Shown one piece after another: positions 47,490 to 56,234 of a stretch of 64,000 nucleotides of DNA. Every line of letters begins with the position of its first letter. Position 1 is the first letter of the stretch. A program made the position numbers and the translations under genes. Source of the stretch: an uncultured Fimbriimonadaceae bacterium (GTDB lineage Bacteria > Armatimonadota > UBA10988); the NCBI GenBank assembly GCA_964405335.1, contig CAYONP010000020.1, forward strand, positions 2,069-66,068, in the 5' to 3' direction. The notes beneath the pieces were generated by a model, which searched no databases, was not told the DNA's origin, and was given only the letters and a program-made list of their open reading frames with translations.

Positions 47490-48260
47490 GTGACACAGTC
47501 TGGGAGCCAGCGACGGACGAGGCAGGTGCTCTGGTCGGGCGGCTGGGACTCCTCGTACCGGGTCATGGAGCTCGTGCTGGTCCTGGGCTACGATGTCCAG
47601 CCGCACTACATCCTCGACGACGTGCGTGACTCGCTGCTGTTCGAGCTGCGCGCCATGAATGAGCTGCGCCGCGAGATCAACCGGCGATCGACGACCGGCG
47701 CCCAGCTGCTGCCAACCAGCTACACCGGTCGCTACGAGATCGCCGCCGACGCCGAGATCAGTGGGTCGATCCGAGACCTCCAGCGGGTGTCGCACATCAG
47801 CGGCCAGTACGACTACCTGGCGCGATATGCCAAGCAACTCGGCACGCACGAGCTGGAGATGGGCTTGGTCGACGGCACGATGGGGGAGTGGGACATTCGG
47901 CCGTTGATTGTCGAACGTCGCGAGGATGACGACGTCTGGTACGAGTTCGACCCAGCACGGATGGACCACGAACTGGCTGTCTTCGCCTGGTTCCGCTACC
48001 CGATCATCCGGCACCACAAACGCTCTCTGCTCGATCGGGCCCGGACGTTCGGCTTCGCCGACCTGCTGGCCGGCAGCAGTTGGACCTGCCACCGGCCGAC
48101 GCGCCGCGGCCAGGCATGTGGGCGGTGCATCCCGTGTCGCTTTCTGCGCGAGTGCGGACTGGGCCGCCAGATGCCCTGGACGTCGCGCCTGGTCGGCTTG
48201 GCGCGCGACCTGGCCGCCGCGGCGCTACCCACGCGGCCGGTCCATCGCCGCCTGCACTGA
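47490..48260 (+). CDS. QueC-like PP-loop ATPase paralog 3
   Basis: VLWSGGWDSSYRVMEL, QPHYILDD, SGQYDYLARYAKQ, WTCHRPTRRGQACGRCIPCR. More divergent, roughly 40% to paralogs 1 and 2. Confidence 0.7.
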   Translation: MTQSGSQRRTRQVLWSGGWDSSYRVMELVLVLGYDVQPHYILDDVRDSLLFELRAMNELRREINRRSTTGAQLLPTSYTGRYEIAADAEISGSIRDLQRVSHISGQYDYLARYAKQLGTHELEMGLVDGTMGEWDIRPLIVERREDDDVWYEFDPARMDHELAVFAWFRYPIIRHHKRSLLDRARTFGFADLLAGSSWTCHRPTRRGQACGRCIPCRFLRECGLGRQMPWTSRLVGLARDLAAAALPTRPVHRRLH

Positions 48261-48304
48261 CCGCCGCGCGCGGGGCGTGTTACCATGAGCGCGGCAGACA
48301 GGCG

Positions 48305-49357
48305 ATGGCCGATCGCGACATCATCTTCGAGGCGGCGCGGCTCCACTTCGAGGAAGGGCTCAAGCAGGACGAGGTGGCCCAGCGCCTGAAGGTCTCACGC
48401 CCGACCGCGGCGCGCTACCTGGCCATGGCCCGCGAGATGGGTTACGTCAAGATCCGCGTGCTCGAGCCGCAGAGCCACGCCTTCCTGCACGACCTCGAAG
48501 TCGAGCTGTGCGAGCGGTTCCCCAAGCTGCGCGAGGCGCTGCTCACCCCCTCGCGGCCCGAGACCGCCGTCGCCGGCCACCCCACCGCGCGACGCGCCGT
48601 GGTCGACGAGCTGGCCGAGCGCGCGGCGAGCCGGGTCGATCAGCTGCTGACCAGCCAGCGACGCCGCAGCGCGCCGGTGGTCGCCGTCGCGCGGGGGGAG
48701 ATGATCGACGCGGTGATCCGGCGGATCAAGCCGAGCCGGCCGGTGCCCGAGCTGGAAGTCCTGCCCATGCTCGGCTACCTGCGCAGCCGCGACTATCCTT
48801 ACGACGCCAATCGGCTGGCGCAGGAGCTGGCCCGCATCTACGCCGGCGACTATGAGTGGATCCCCGCCCCCGCCGTGGTCACCGCCGACGAGGCGGCCGT
48901 GCTGCGCGCCATGCCGCTGGTCGCCGAGCCGTTGCGCAAGCTCGAAGACGATGTCGACCTCGTGTTGACCAGCATCTCCTGCCCCTACTTCACCCGCCAG
49001 AACGGCGAGCGGGCGATGCGCGAGCAGACGCTGCTGCAGTCCGAGCGGGTGACCCGCGAACAGATTGCCGAGCTGGTCGACCGCGAGCGCGTGGTGGGCG
49101 AGATCTGCGGCTGGTACTTCAGCGCCGGCAAGCTCGTCGAACCGCCCGGCATCACCGTCCTCGGCCTGCCCCTGGCCGTCCTGCAACGCAAGGCCGCGAT
49201 GCCCGAGGTGGCGGTGATCGGCGTCGCCGGCGGCGACGCCGACCGCCTGGCGGCCATCGACGCGGCGCTGCACCTCGGGCTGATCAACATCCTGGTCACC
49301 GACTACCTGACCGCCCACCGCCTGCTCGATCGCGCGCGGCACGACGGAGAGAGCTGA
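48305..49357 (+). CDS. SorC/CggR-family sugar-binding transcriptional regulator
   Basis: N-terminal HTH (LKQDEVAQRLKVSRPTAARYL) and C-terminal sugar-phosphate-binding domain. Confidence 0.65.
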   Translation: MADRDIIFEAARLHFEEGLKQDEVAQRLKVSRPTAARYLAMAREMGYVKIRVLEPQSHAFLHDLEVELCERFPKLREALLTPSRPETAVAGHPTARRAVVDELAERAASRVDQLLTSQRRRSAPVVAVARGEMIDAVIRRIKPSRPVPELEVLPMLGYLRSRDYPYDANRLAQELARIYAGDYEWIPAPAVVTADEAAVLRAMPLVAEPLRKLEDDVDLVLTSISCPYFTRQNGERAMREQTLLQSERVTREQIAELVDRERVVGEICGWYFSAGKLVEPPGITVLGLPLAVLQRKAAMPEVAVIGVAGGDADRLAAIDAALHLGLINILVTDYLTAHRLLDRARHDGES

Positions 49358-49358
49358 G

Positions 49359-50408
49359 ATGACCAGCAGCCCGCTGCTCGAGCACCTCGGCGCGGCCGAG
49401 ACCATCGACCTGGCCGGCTGGCGGATTGCCGCGCACTACGGCGAACCGGCCGCCGAAGTCGCCGCCGTGCACCGGGCCGCCGGCCTGATCGACCGCGGCG
49501 AGCGGGGCCGGATCGCGGTGCTTGGCGAGGCGCGGTGCGACTGGCTGAACAAGATCGTCAGCAACGACACCTCGCGGCTGGCGCCGGGCGACGGGCTGCG
49601 GGCGCTGCTGCTGACCGTCAAGGGGCGCATCGGCTGTGACCTGCGGGTCTACGCCCTGGCCGACCGCCTCCTGGTCGACACGGCTTTCGACACCGCCGAG
49701 GGCCTGCTCGAGAACCTGCGCCGCTTCCGGCTCTATGGCGACGCCATCGAGCTGCGCGACCTGCGGCCGGAGACCTGCCAACTCGGCCTGCACGGCCCCG
49801 CAGCGGCCAGGCTGGCGAGTGAGGTGAGTGGTCTCGACGCCGCCTCGATCGAGCGCTACGGCTGCATCGAGAGCGACGGGCTGCTGCTGGTCCGTCACGA
49901 TGAGTTCGGCGAGCCGGGATACGACCTGATCGCGCCGGTCGACCGCGGCCCGGCGCTGTGGGCAACGCTCTCGGCGGAGGCGCAGCCGTTCGGATGGCTG
50001 GCGGCCGAAATCATGCGCGTCGAGGCGGGCGAGCCGCGCTGGGGAGCCGAGCTGAACGGCGACCACTTCCCGCTCGAAGCCGAGCTCGAAGAGGCGTTGA
50101 GCCACACCAAGGGCTGCTACCCGGGCCAGGAGGTGGTCGCCCGGATGCGCGACCGCGGTCATCCGAACAAGCTGCTGCGCCCGCTTGCCGTCGCCGGCGA
50201 CAAGGTGCCCGTCCGCGGCGCCCACGTGCTGGCCCGCGACGAGCCGAAGCCGGTGGGCACCATCTACAGCGCCGTCGCCTCGCCGACGCTGGGGGTCCGC
50301 GCCCTGGCCTACCTCAAGACCGAGTGCGCCGAGCCGGGCACCACACTGTTCGCCGTGGTCGACGGCCCGCCGGCGAAGGCCACGGTGCTCGCGCGGCCGG
50401 CGCGCTAG
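49359..50408 (+). CDS. YgfZ/GcvT-like folate-binding protein
   Basis: Aminomethyltransferase-fold motifs (DLAGWRIAAHYG; KGCYPGQEVVARM). Confidence 0.7.
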   Translation: MTSSPLLEHLGAAETIDLAGWRIAAHYGEPAAEVAAVHRAAGLIDRGERGRIAVLGEARCDWLNKIVSNDTSRLAPGDGLRALLLTVKGRIGCDLRVYALADRLLVDTAFDTAEGLLENLRRFRLYGDAIELRDLRPETCQLGLHGPAAARLASEVSGLDAASIERYGCIESDGLLLVRHDEFGEPGYDLIAPVDRGPALWATLSAEAQPFGWLAAEIMRVEAGEPRWGAELNGDHFPLEAELEEALSHTKGCYPGQEVVARMRDRGHPNKLLRPLAVAGDKVPVRGAHVLARDEPKPVGTIYSAVASPTLGVRALAYLKTECAEPGTTLFAVVDGPPAKATVLARPAR

Positions 50409-50893
50409 AGGCCGATCAGCGTCGCCTCGCGCGCGGAGGTGTCGAAGACCACCACCGTGCGCCGGCCGGTCAGCCAGCCGCCGACCTCGCCCGGGTTGAT
50501 CACCCAGCACCCCTCGGCCCGGCGCAGGTCGATCGCGTGGGTATGGCCGTAGACCACCACGTCGTAGAGCCCCGACGCAGCCAGCGCCTCGACCGGCTCG
50601 GGCTCGTGGTGGATGGCGAAGCGGCAGCCGGCGATCACCGGATAGGCGAACTTCGGCTGCAGCTCCCAGCCGTAGTCGGCAAACCGCCGGCTCAGGCCGA
50701 GCCGCTCACCGTCGTTGTTGCCCAGCACCGCGGTGACGGGCACCTCGAGCGCCTGCAGCGGCGGCAGCGCAAAGGGCGCGACGAAGTCGCCCGCGTGGAT
50801 CAGGTGCCCGACGCCGGCGTCCTGCAACGCCGCCACCGCCGCCTCGACCGCGGGCAGGTTGTCGTGCGTGTCGGAGATGATGCCGACGATCAA
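50405..50893 (-). CDS. YfcE/MJ0936-family metallophosphoesterase
   Basis: ISDTHDN, HAGDF and GHTH metal-ligand motifs. 162 aa. Confidence 0.8.
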   Translation of the reverse strand: MIVGIISDTHDNLPAVEAAVAALQDAGVGHLIHAGDFVAPFALPPLQALEVPVTAVLGNNDGERLGLSRRFADYGWELQPKFAYPVIAGCRFAIHHEPEPVEALAASGLYDVVVYGHTHAIDLRRAEGCWVINPGEVGGWLTGRRTVVVFDTSAREATLIGL

Positions 50894-51294
50894 CCGCCGC
50901 TCCCGATCACGGTCACTACCACGCGACGCTGCCGCGGGCCGTCGAACTCGCAGAACTGGATCGCCTGCCAGGTGCCCAGCAGCAGCCGCCCGCCGGCGAT
51001 TGGCACCGTCTGCGAGGCACCGCAGAGGATCGCCTTGACGTGCGCCGGCGAGTTGCCCTCGCCGTGGCTGTAGGCCGCGTCCCAGGGCACCAGGCGGTCG
51101 AGCACGGCCAGCACGTCGCGGGCGACATCGGGATCGTAGCCCTCGTTGACCGCCAGCCCGGCGGTGGTGTGCGGGCAGTAGACCTGGCAGAGTCCGTCCC
51201 GCACGCCGCTCTCGCTGACCACCTTTCGCACGTCGGCGGTGATATCGAGGATCTGGTCGCGACTCGACGTCTGCAGTTGGAGTGTCTTCTCCAT
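50890..51294 (-). CDS. YjbQ/UPF0047 family protein
   Basis: Start at internal ATG (MEKTLQLQTS). CQVYCPHTTAGL and HGEGNSPAHVKA motifs. Confidence 0.7.
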   Translation of the reverse strand: MEKTLQLQTSSRDQILDITADVRKVVSESGVRDGLCQVYCPHTTAGLAVNEGYDPDVARDVLAVLDRLVPWDAAYSHGEGNSPAHVKAILCGASQTVPIAGGRLLLGTWQAIQFCEFDGPRQRRVVVTVIGSGG

Positions 51295-51340
51295 GAGCTT
51301 AGTATGGCGCCACGTTGCGCCCAACCTCCGTTGGCGGTGT

Positions 51341-52084
51341 TCATCGCCCCTCGTCCGTGCCGCGCCGAGCACGGGGCCAGAGCAGACGATGTAGTTGGAG
51401 CTGCAACGTTACTTCCAGTCGCTGTTCCATGATCCAGCTCGCGAGCTGGCCTGGCAGCGGCCAGGCGTTCAGGTCGCCGGTGAACGCCAGCGGCGTGGCC
51501 GGGCTCAAGGCACAGCGCACGCCCGGCCTGGGCGGGTGCTCGGCCAGCGCCGCGGCCGCCCAGTCGAAGTCGGCCCGATCGGCGATCACGATCTTCAGGT
51601 CGTCGAGCCCCGGCCGAAGCAACGGCACGTTCGGCCAGAGGTTATCCGCCACGTGGCCGCTCGACGGCGCTTTGAGGTCCATCACCACCCGCACGCGCGG
51701 GTCAAGGCCGACGATGCTCAGGCTGCCCGAGGTCTCGAGCAGAACCTCGTGGCCGGCCTCGCACAGCGCCACCAGCAGGTCGCGACAGGCCGGCTGCAGC
51801 AGCGGCTCGCCGCCGGTCACCTCGACCAGCGTGACGCCGTCGGCCTGGTCGACCAGCTCGCCGAGCGTCATCGCACGCCGCTCATCGGGCCCGAACAGGC
51901 CGGGCTTCCAGGTGTAGGGCGTGTCGCACCAGGGGCAGCTCAGGTGACAGCCGGCCAGGCGGATGAACCAACAGACCCGGCCCGCGTCGGCGCCCTCGCC
52001 CTGCAGGCTGAGGTAGACCTCGCTGACCGACAACGTCCGGTCGAGGTCGACCGGGCCGGCGATCTGCTCGGCCGGCCGGCTCAT
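51341..52084 (-). CDS. queE: 7-carboxy-7-deazaguanine synthase (radical SAM)
   Basis: QueE-type cluster motif CHLSCPWCDTPYT and the EVTGGEPLLQ SAM-binding motif. Confidence 0.85.
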   Translation of the reverse strand: MSRPAEQIAGPVDLDRTLSVSEVYLSLQGEGADAGRVCWFIRLAGCHLSCPWCDTPYTWKPGLFGPDERRAMTLGELVDQADGVTLVEVTGGEPLLQPACRDLLVALCEAGHEVLLETSGSLSIVGLDPRVRVVMDLKAPSSGHVADNLWPNVPLLRPGLDDLKIVIADRADFDWAAAALAEHPPRPGVRCALSPATPLAFTGDLNAWPLPGQLASWIMEQRLEVTLQLQLHRLLWPRARRGTDEGR

Positions 52085-52764
52085 CGGGCCGGCTCGGCAT
52101 AGGCCAGCGGGTCGGCCACGCCGGCCCGGGCAAAGCCGCGCAGCCGCAGGCGGCAGCTATCGCACACGCCGCAGGCCAGCTCCTCGGCCTGGTAGCAGCT
52201 CCAGGTCAGGTGCAGCGGCGCGCCGAGCTCGACCCCGCGGGCTACGATCTGCGCCTTGCTCAGCCGGATCAGCGGGGTGATGATCCGCGGGTCGGGCGAT
52301 TCGTCGTGGTTGCCCTCGGCAAGGGCCGCCTCCATCGCGTCGCAGAAGCTGCGGCGGCAGTCGGGGTAGCCGGACGAATCCTCCTCGACCATGCCGGTCC
52401 AGATGCTCTCCGCGCGCAGCACCTCGGCCCAGGCGGCGGCGATGAAGAGCAGATTGCCGTTGCGCTGCGGCACGTAGGTCACCGGGATGCCCGGCCGATC
52501 GAGGTCTTCGCCGGCGGGCACGGCGAGGCCGGCATCGGTCAGCGCCGAGCCGCCGAAGGCGCGCAAGTGGGCGATGTCGACGGTCTGCCGCCGGCCGATG
52601 CCGAGCGCGTCGCAGACGTCGGCGAAGGCGCGCTGCTCGCGCTGCTCGGTGCGCTGGCCATAGGTGATGTGCAGGGCCGCGACGTCGTGCCCCTCGCGCA
52701 GCGCCAGCGCGGCGGTGACGCAGCTATCCATGCCGCCCGACATGAGCACCACCGCCAGGGGCAT
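52081..52764 (-). CDS. queC: 7-cyano-7-deazaguanine synthase
   Basis: PP-loop SGGMDS and C-terminal CYQAEELACGVCDSCRLR zinc site. Overlaps queE by 4 bp. Confidence 0.9.
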   Translation of the reverse strand: MPLAVVLMSGGMDSCVTAALALREGHDVAALHITYGQRTEQREQRAFADVCDALGIGRRQTVDIAHLRAFGGSALTDAGLAVPAGEDLDRPGIPVTYVPQRNGNLLFIAAAWAEVLRAESIWTGMVEEDSSGYPDCRRSFCDAMEAALAEGNHDESPDPRIITPLIRLSKAQIVARGVELGAPLHLTWSCYQAEELACGVCDSCRLRLRGFARAGVADPLAYAEPAR

Positions 52765-52767
52765 TGG

Positions 52768-54921
52768 TCACTCCAGCCGCAACACGGCGCCGCTCGAGGC
52801 GCTGGTCGCCATCCCCGTGTAGCGGGCCAGCCAGCCACGCGTGTAGCGCGGCGCCGGCGGCCGCCAGGCGGCGCGGCGGTCGGCCAGCTCGGCCTCGTCG
52901 ACCAGCAGCGCCAGCTCGCCGGCGGGGATGTCGACCCGGATCCGGTCGCCCGGCTCGACCAGGGCGATCAACCCGCCGGCGGCGGCCTCCGGGCTGACAT
53001 GCCCGATGCAGGCGCCGGCCGTGCCGCCCGAGAAGCGGCCATCGGTGATCAGCGCGACGCTCGAATCGAGCTTCATGCCCTTGATGTAGCTGGTCGGGGC
53101 GAGCATCTCCTGCATCCCCGGCCCGCCGCGCGGCCCCTCGTAGCGGATGACCACCACGTCGCCGGCCTTCACCCGGCCGCCGAGGATGCCCGAGCAGGCC
53201 TCCTCCTGCGACTCGAAGACCACCGCCGGGCCTTCGTGCCGCAGCATCTCGGGCAGCACGCCGGCACTCTTCACGACCGCCCCGTCGGGCGCCAGGTTGC
53301 CGAACAAGATGCTCAGCCCGCCGGTCGGCGAGTAGGCCGTCGCGCCGGTGCGGATACAGTCGTACGGATCGAGGCTCAGCAGCGCGGCGCCGAAGGTCGC
53401 CTTGGCCGACGCGGCGCGGGCGGGCGTCCAGTCGAGAGTCAAGGCGGCGACGCGACCTTGGTCGACCGCATCGATGGTGAACACCGCCATGCGGGCCGGC
53501 TCGGCACCTTCGCGCACCATGCAGGCCAGCACCGCGGCTTCGCCATCGACCTCGCCGGGCAGCGCCGGAAAGCGCGTCCCCGGCTGCGCGCGCGACGCGG
53601 AGAACCAGGCCTCGATATCCTCGGGGATGCCGTCGCCGCCGACCGCCCGCCGCTCGCAGCCGTCGCTGAGCAGCGACCGAAAGGCGGGGGCGTTGCCGGC
53701 GTTCCAGGCGGCCGCCAGCCCGCGGGCCAGGGCGGCGGTGCCATTCGGCACGGTCACCTCACCGTTCAGGATATCCTCGACCCGCGTCTTGCGTCCGACC
53801 GGCGGCTCGCCGCCGACCACGTAGAGGTCAAGCGCCGCGGGGCACGCCGCCGGGCTGCGCAGGTCCCAGGCGGCGATGTTGTCGCCCAAGCTGAGGCCGG
53901 TCACCGTCGGGCAGTCGAGGTCGAGCAGCCCGGCGTCGTGCCGCACCAGCTCGCCAAGGATGGTGTGAATGCCGCCCGAGGCGTGGACGTCCTGGACGTG
54001 ATAGGCCGATGAGGGCGAGACCTTGCACAGGTTCGGCGTCGTTGCACTCAAGCGGTTGATCCGCTCGATGTCGTAATCGACCCCGGCCTCGTGGGCAATC
54101 GCCAAGGTGTGCAGGATGGTGTTGGTGCTGCCGCCCATCGCCATGTCGAGCCGCAACGCGTTGTCGATGCTCTCGGCGGTGACGATGTCGCGCGGCTTGA
54201 GGTCCTCGGCGATCAGCTCGACGATCCGCTCGGCGGCCCAGTCGTAGAGCTGCCGCCGCGCCGGGCTGACGGCCAGCGTGGTGCCGTTGCCGGGCAGCGC
54301 CAGGCCGAGCGCCTCGCACAGGCAGTTCATCGAGTTGGCGGTGAACATCCCGCTGCACGAGCCGCAGGTCGGGCAGGCGGCCTCTTCCAGCGCGGCCAGC
54401 TCGTCGGCGCTCAGCTCGCCGGCGTTGTGCTCGGCCACGCCATAGAACACGCTGATCAGATCGCTGCCGCCCGCGCCGGCGGCCATCGGCCCGCCCGAGA
54501 CGAAGATGGTCGGGAGGTTGCACCGCACCGCGGCCATCATCATGCCGGGCACAATCTTGTCGCAGTTGGGCACGCAGATCATGCCGTCGAAGCAGTGCGC
54601 CTCGACCATCGTCTCGACGCTGTCGGCAATGATCTCGCGGCTGGGCAGCGAGAACTTCATCCCCTCGTGGCCCATGGCGATGCCGTCGTCGACACCGATG
54701 GTGTGGAACACGAACGGCACGCCGCCGGCCGCCCGCACCGCGCGTTTGAGGTACTGCCCCACCTCGGCCAGGTGCGCATGGCCCGGGATGATGTCGACGT
54801 GGCTGTTGACAATCGCGACGAAGGGCTTGCTCACGTCGTCGCTGGTGAAGTTGCCGGTCGCCCGCAGCAACGAGCGGTGCGGCGCCCGTTCAAACCCGAG
54901 CTTGACCGTGTCCGAACGCAT
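52768..54921 (-). CDS. ilvD: dihydroxy-acid dehydratase, with an unusual ~140-aa internal insertion
   Basis: IlvD/Edd motifs ([12 protein letters not shown]; DGRFSGGT; [16 protein letters not shown]; GHVSPEAA). 717 aa against ~560-616 typical. Confidence 0.85.
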   Translation of the reverse strand: MRSDTVKLGFERAPHRSLLRATGNFTSDDVSKPFVAIVNSHVDIIPGHAHLAEVGQYLKRAVRAAGGVPFVFHTIGVDDGIAMGHEGMKFSLPSREIIADSVETMVEAHCFDGMICVPNCDKIVPGMMMAAVRCNLPTIFVSGGPMAAGAGGSDLISVFYGVAEHNAGELSADELAALEEAACPTCGSCSGMFTANSMNCLCEALGLALPGNGTTLAVSPARRQLYDWAAERIVELIAEDLKPRDIVTAESIDNALRLDMAMGGSTNTILHTLAIAHEAGVDYDIERINRLSATTPNLCKVSPSSAYHVQDVHASGGIHTILGELVRHDAGLLDLDCPTVTGLSLGDNIAAWDLRSPAACPAALDLYVVGGEPPVGRKTRVEDILNGEVTVPNGTAALARGLAAAWNAGNAPAFRSLLSDGCERRAVGGDGIPEDIEAWFSASRAQPGTRFPALPGEVDGEAAVLACMVREGAEPARMAVFTIDAVDQGRVAALTLDWTPARAASAKATFGAALLSLDPYDCIRTGATAYSPTGGLSILFGNLAPDGAVVKSAGVLPEMLRHEGPAVVFESQEEACSGILGGRVKAGDVVVIRYEGPRGGPGMQEMLAPTSYIKGMKLDSSVALITDGRFSGGTAGACIGHVSPEAAAGGLIALVEPGDRIRVDIPAGELALLVDEAELADRRAAWRPPAPRYTRGWLARYTGMATSASSGAVLRLE

Positions 54922-55008
54922 GAGGAACTCCGGCGGGTCGCTTGGAGAGCGGCTTTCTGCGTATCATAGCCCAGCGACGGCGATGCGGCAACGGGAGCCC
55001 ACCAGCCC

Positions 55009-56034
55009 ATGACCCACCGTGAACGACAACTGGCCGCCATCCGGCACCAAGTCGCCGATCGCGTGCCGGTCGACTGCATCTGCATCGAGCCGATCGAGGC
55101 CATCGCCGCGCACCTCGGCATCGCGCCCGAGGCGGTCCACGACGCGCTCGGGATCGACGGCCGACTGGTCGCCCCCGCCTGGCTCGGCGAGCCGCGCGTT
55201 GGACTCGACGGTCAGCCGCTCAGCGCCTGGGGCACCGTGCCGAGTGGCGACTACGGCACCGCGCGCTGGGCCCCGCTCGCCGGCGCCACCAGCATCGCCG
55301 AGGTCGAGCGGCACCGCCTGCCCGACCCGGCCGAGTTCGACTACGCCGGCGCCGCCCGCCGCGCCGCCGACATGGCCGACTACGCCGTGCGCGGGCCCTA
55401 CTGGTTGCCGCTCTTCTGCGGCGTCTGCGACCTGTTCGGCATGGAGCGCGCGCTGCTCCACCTGGCGCTCGAGCCGAGGCTGTTCGAAGCGGCCCTCGAG
55501 CGCATCTTCGCCGTCGTCCACGAGGTCTGCCGCCGACTGCTCGAAGCCAGTGGCGAGGCGCTGCCGATCCTCTGCCTCGGCGACGACTTCGCCACCCAGC
55601 GCGGGCTGATGATGTCACCGGCGGTCTGGCGGCGCTACCTGCTGCCGCGCTATGCGGCGCTGTTCGAGCTGGCCCGGCAGCGCGGGCGGTCCGTCTGGTT
55701 CCACTCTTGCGGCGACATCACGGCGGTGCTGCCCGACCTGATCGAGGCGGGCATGGACGTCTGGGAGACGGTCCAGCTCGACACGCTGCCGCTCGGCGCC
55801 ACCGACCTCAAGCGCGAGTACGGCCGCGACCTGTGCTTCTTCGGCGGCATCAGCACCCAGCGTCTGCCCTACCTGACGCCGGACCAGGTGCGAACCGAGA
55901 CCCGCCGCTGCCTAGAGCGGCTCGGCGCCGGCGGCGGCTACATCTGCGGTCCCGACCACCACCTGAAGCCCGACGTGCCGCCGGCGAACGCGGTGGCGTT
56001 GTTTGGTGAGGCGGTGGGGTTTGGGGGGATGTAG
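55009..56034 (+). CDS. uroporphyrinogen decarboxylase (URO-D) family protein, second paralog
   Basis: 341 aa. URO-D fold (PVDCICIEP; VWFHSCGD), distantly similar to the 30067..31068 paralog. Confidence 0.7.
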   Translation: MTHRERQLAAIRHQVADRVPVDCICIEPIEAIAAHLGIAPEAVHDALGIDGRLVAPAWLGEPRVGLDGQPLSAWGTVPSGDYGTARWAPLAGATSIAEVERHRLPDPAEFDYAGAARRAADMADYAVRGPYWLPLFCGVCDLFGMERALLHLALEPRLFEAALERIFAVVHEVCRRLLEASGEALPILCLGDDFATQRGLMMSPAVWRRYLLPRYAALFELARQRGRSVWFHSCGDITAVLPDLIEAGMDVWETVQLDTLPLGATDLKREYGRDLCFFGGISTQRLPYLTPDQVRTETRRCLERLGAGGGYICGPDHHLKPDVPPANAVALFGEAVGFGGM

Positions 56035-56234
56035 CCGGCCCTGTTTGAGCGGAGAGGGGCTCAGAATGCGGCGAGGCGGGGGTTAGCGGTCAGGGCGGAA
56101 CGACGAGCGGCGGCACCTGAGCTGACTGCCGGCCTCGCCGGCGAGTTCGTAGGTGGGCGCAGGCGCTGCAACGGGGCGGCGTTCGCGGGCGGCACAAGGA
56201 GGTCGGGTCCATCGCGCGGCTCTGGCAGCTTCTG

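Noticed and set aside
53420-53870. Intein inside ilvD
   Set aside because: The insertion lacks intein block A/B/F/G signatures (no N-terminal Cys/Ser plus TxxH, no C-terminal His-Asn followed by Cys/Ser/Thr). It is more likely a lineage-specific insert domain.
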